Source: an uncultured Paraburkholderia sp.
Lineage (GTDB): Bacteria; Pseudomonadota; Gammaproteobacteria; Burkholderiales; Burkholderiaceae
Length of the DNA: 37,431 nucleotides
Reading direction: 5' to 3'
Assembly (NCBI GenBank): GCA_937917025.1
Contig: CALFSF010000220.1
Coordinates: 1 to 37,431, forward strand
Position numbers and translations under genes: made by a program. The notes beneath the pieces are model-generated. The model was not told the DNA's origin. It searched no databases and worked only from the letters and a program-made list of their open reading frames with translations. Positions 34,312 through 37,431 of this stretch are shown in pieces; position 1 is the first letter of the stretch, and each line of letters opens with the position of its first letter.

Positions 34312-36621
34312 TCAGCGCGCCATCTGGACACCCGGCGCATCGTACGGGGCGAGCAGATGACGCGCATAAGCGCGGGCCTCGACGGGCCGGCTGAAGAGAT
34401 AGCCCTGCTGCTTGTCGCAACCGATGGAGCGCAGAAAGGTGGCCTGCTCCACCGTCTCGACGCCTTCGGCGGTCACGTTCATGCCCAGCGAGTGCGCCAT
34501 CGCCACGACCGCCTGCGTGATCGCCACCGAATCGCGATGGTCCGGCAGGCCCGCGACGAACGAGCGGTCCACCTTCAGGTTGTGCAGCGGAAACCGCTTC
34601 AGATACGACAGCGACGAATAGCCGGTGCCGAAGTCGTCGACGGAAATCCGCACGCCCATCCCGGTCAGCGCCCGCAGCATCGGCAGCACGGCTTCGCTGT
34701 CGCGCATCAGCAGGCCTTCGGTAATCTCGAGTTCCAGCGCGCCGGGCGCGAGCCGCGTGCGCGACAGACACGCGGCGATGCGCTCGACCAGCCCGTCGTT
34801 GAACTGGCGCGGCGACAGGTTCACCGCGATCACGAGATCGGGCGCGATCGTGCGACGCCATTCGGCGGCCTGCTCGCAGGCGCGTTCGAGCACCCAGTGG
34901 CCGATCGCGACGATGAGGCCGGTGTCCTCGGCCACCGGAATGAACTCCACCGGCGACACCTGTCCCAGCTCTTCGTGGTGCCAGCGCAGCAGCGCCTCCG
35001 CGCCGATCGTGCGGCCGCAGCCGCTGTCGATCACCGGCTGGTAGACGAGGCTCAGCTCGCCCGCGGCCAGCGCGCGCCGCAACGACTGTTCGATACTGAA
35101 GCGGCGTTGCAGGCGCTGGTTCAGCTCGGCGGTGAAGAACTGGAAGTTGTTCCGGCCGCGCTGTTTCGCGTGATACATCGCGGAATCGGCGTTGCGCATC
35201 AGCATCGTCGCGTCGCGGCCGTCGCCGGGCGACACGCTGATGCCGATCGAAACGCCGAGGTAATACTCGTTGCCGGCAACCGCGAACGGCACGGCAATCG
35301 TATCGAGCACCTGACGCGCGAGCGCCGCGATCGCCTCGACGTCGCGATAGCCGCTCACGACGATCACGAATTCGTCGCCGCCCACCCGCGCGAGCGTGTC
35401 CGCTTCGCCGACGCAGCGCGCGAGCCGTTCGGCGACGCTACGGAGAAGCACGTCGCCCGCCTCGTGTCCGGCGGTGTCGTTGACCTTCTTGAAACCATCG
35501 AGATCGACGAACAGCACGGCGATCCGCTCGGGGGGCGCGCTGCCGCCGGCGGGTTCGAACAGCTCGCGCATCCGGTCGCCGAGATACGCGCGGTTGTAGA
35601 GGCCCGTCAGCGAATCGCGTATCGCAAGCTCCCGGAGCTGGCGGTGCGCCTCGCGCACGGGGCCGATATCGTTGAACGAGATCAGGACCGAACCCGGTTC
35701 GCTTTCACCTGGCTTGATGATCGGCACGACGTTTTCGGTGATCCACACCATCTCGCCGTCGGCCAGCACGAGGCCCATGGTGAGGCCAAGCAGAGGCTTG
35801 CCGCTTGCGAGCACACGGCGGGTCGGCTGTTCGGCTGCGGAGATCGGCGAGCCGTCTTCCCACACCGCACGCCTGATCACGCCATGGATGCTCTCGCCCA
35901 CGAGACCCGTCTTCGCGTGAAGCATGCGCCGGGCGCCCGGATTGCACGCGAGCACGACGCCGTCCGGCGACTGCACGACGATGCCTTCGTTCAGATGGTC
36001 GACCACCAGCCGGTGATATTCCTCGCTTTGCGCGAGGCGCCGCGCGATGGTGTCCTGATGGACCGCGAGCCCGACGCTGCGGCCGATGTCGCGCAGAATC
36101 GCTTCTTCGTCCTTGCCCGGCCGGCGCGGTGCGCGGTAATAGACGGCGAATGCGCCGAGCACGGTGCCCGCGTCGTCCTGCAACGGAATCGACCAGCATG
36201 CGCGCAGCCCGACCGGCAGCGCCAGATGCCTGAAGTCCGTCCAGAGGGGATCGGTCTCGATGTCTTCGACGACCACCATGCGCCGCTCGAACATCGCCGT
36301 GCCGCAGGAGCCGCTTCTCGGGCCGATCGGGAGTCCGTCGAGCGCCGCGCTGTAATGCGCGGGCAAGGACGGCGCGGCGCCCACCCGCACGCGGCAACCG
36401 TCCTCATCGAGCAGCAGGATCGTGCACGATGCGCCGACACCCAGTAGCGTCTCGGCGCGCCGGCAGACTTCGACAAGCAGCTCCGGCAACGGCGTATTTC
36501 GCGTGATCAGGCGCAATACACTCTGTTCGGACGCGAGCACTTCTTCAGCCAGACTCGACCGGTAGCGTACGCTCTCCGGCTCTGCGTCAATGGCGAACCC
36601 TGCGGTCTCTTGACGAATCAT
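34312..36621 (-). CDS. GAF-PAS-GGDEF-EAL diguanylate cyclase/phosphodiesterase
   Basis: GSCGTA (GAF), DSLTGLYNR, DLDGFKKVND, RVGGDEF, EALLRW, DDFGTGYSSL and AEGVE motifs. Confidence 0.95.
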   Translation of the reverse strand: MIRQETAGFAIDAEPESVRYRSSLAEEVLASEQSVLRLITRNTPLPELLVEVCRRAETLLGVGASCTILLLDEDGCRVRVGAAPSLPAHYSAALDGLPIGPRSGSCGTAMFERRMVVVEDIETDPLWTDFRHLALPVGLRACWSIPLQDDAGTVLGAFAVYYRAPRRPGKDEEAILRDIGRSVGLAVHQDTIARRLAQSEEYHRLVVDHLNEGIVVQSPDGVVLACNPGARRMLHAKTGLVGESIHGVIRRAVWEDGSPISAAEQPTRRVLASGKPLLGLTMGLVLADGEMVWITENVVPIIKPGESEPGSVLISFNDIGPVREAHRQLRELAIRDSLTGLYNRAYLGDRMRELFEPAGGSAPPERIAVLFVDLDGFKKVNDTAGHEAGDVLLRSVAERLARCVGEADTLARVGGDEFVIVVSGYRDVEAIAALARQVLDTIAVPFAVAGNEYYLGVSIGISVSPGDGRDATMLMRNADSAMYHAKQRGRNNFQFFTAELNQRLQRRFSIEQSLRRALAAGELSLVYQPVIDSGCGRTIGAEALLRWHHEELGQVSPVEFIPVAEDTGLIVAIGHWVLERACEQAAEWRRTIAPDLVIAVNLSPRQFNDGLVERIAACLSRTRLAPGALELEITEGLLMRDSEAVLPMLRALTGMGVRISVDDFGTGYSSLSYLKRFPLHNLKVDRSFVAGLPDHRDSVAITQAVVAMAHSLGMNVTAEGVETVEQATFLRSIGCDKQQGYLFSRPVEARAYARHLLAPYDAPGVQMAR

Positions 36622-36845
36622 AGTTGCGCTCCCTAACCCGACATCGGCAGTTCCAGAGCCAGTGCGTACTGGGGTTTACGCTAAAGGCCGCGAAAAGAAG
36701 CGTGGGATCGTCCACAGGACGACAATACACGAAGCTGCCTGCAACCGGCATGATCAATATTCAACCGGCACCGGAGCCTGGCCGCGCCTGCCGCAGCGCC
36801 ATGCGGCGCGGCAGAGCCGGTGCGTCAACCGTGATGAGGTCGATC

Positions 36846-37431
36846 ATGGAGCATCGTTTTGCCGATCGCGCTGAAGCTGGCCGCGTGCTCGCGCGCCAGT
36901 TGAGCACCCGTGCCGGACGCCGCGACGTCGTGGTGCTGGGTTTGCCGCGCGGCGGCGTGCCCGTCGCGTTCGAAGTCGCAAAAGCACTGGGCGCGCCGCT
37001 CGACGTGCTGGTGGTCCGCAAGCTGGGCGTGCCGATGCAGCCGGAACTCGCGATGGGCGCGATCGCGTCCGGCGACGCGCTTTACGTCGACCGTCACCTG
37101 CAGCACGAAACCGGCGTGACGGAGGCGGAATTCGCGCGCGTGCTCTCGCAGGAGCGCGCCGAACTGGCGCGGCGCGAAGCGCTCTATCGCGACGCGTGGC
37201 CCGCGTTGCCGGTGAGCGGGCGCACGGTGATCGTGGTGGACGACGGCATGGCGACGGGCGCGACGCTCAAGGTCGCCGTCGAGGCGCTGCGCGCGAACGC
37301 GCCGGCGGCCATCATCGCGGCGTTGCCGGTAGCGCCTGCGGATGCGGCGGCCCGGCTCGGAGACAGCGTCGATGAACTGGTCTGCGCGATGAAGCCGCAG
37401 GTCTTCTTCAGCGTGGGTCAGTTTTATGTGG
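36846..37431 (+). CDS. Phosphoribosyltransferase family protein, truncated by the window end
   Basis: MEHRFADRAEAGRVLA...LGLPRGGVPVA...VRKLGVP...VIVVDDGMATGAT; not in the ORF track because it has no stop in the window. Confidence 0.9.
   Translation, partial: MEHRFADRAEAGRVLARQLSTRAGRRDVVVLGLPRGGVPVAFEVAKALGAPLDVLVVRKLGVPMQPELAMGAIASGDALYVDRHLQHETGVTEAEFARVLSQERAELARREALYRDAWPALPVSGRTVIVVDDGMATGATLKVAVEALRANAPAAIIAALPVAPADAAARLGDSVDELVCAMKPQVFFSVGQFYV

Noticed and set aside
34288-36447. Long antisense ORFs (719 aa here; also 5657-7516, 30000-31769, 12104-13744, 3941-5413)
   Set aside because: Shadow frames opposite clear genes in high-GC DNA, with no recognisable motifs.

Overview
GC-rich betaproteobacterial window; gene content and sequence style suggest Burkholderia/Paraburkholderia. 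Most of it is a sulfur-scavenging island (about 1-28 kb). From left to right: (1) a 5'-truncated ISNCY/IS1202-type transposase with two IS ends 5 bp apart; (2) a GntR-led operon for an AsfA/AprA-like flavoprotein, a ferredoxin, an ABC importer, a HEAT-repeat protein and DUF971; (3) an RclR-like AraC regulator separated from its likely AhpD/ACAD-like/ABC target operon by a low-GC insert carrying a PAAR relic, a DUF6402-like gene, a putative immunity gene and a Tn3 fragment; (4) a family 2A encapsulin operon (rhodanese, serine acetyltransferase, XRE regulator, shell, cargo cysteine desulfurase); (5) a CmcJ/NvfI-type Fe/2OG enzyme and an amino-acid ABC importer with no ATPase; (6) tauABC without tauD; (7) a three-gene Shango-type anti-phage system; (8) a GAF-PAS-GGDEF-EAL protein and a phosphoribosyltransferase cut by the window edge. 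Reading the intergenic DNA revealed a promoter layout with identical spacing in front of four sulfur operons, a candidate XRE operator pair in the encapsulin operon, a sigma54 promoter before tauA, and candidate GntR and AraC operators. All family calls come from motif recognition by eye; no database searches were run.
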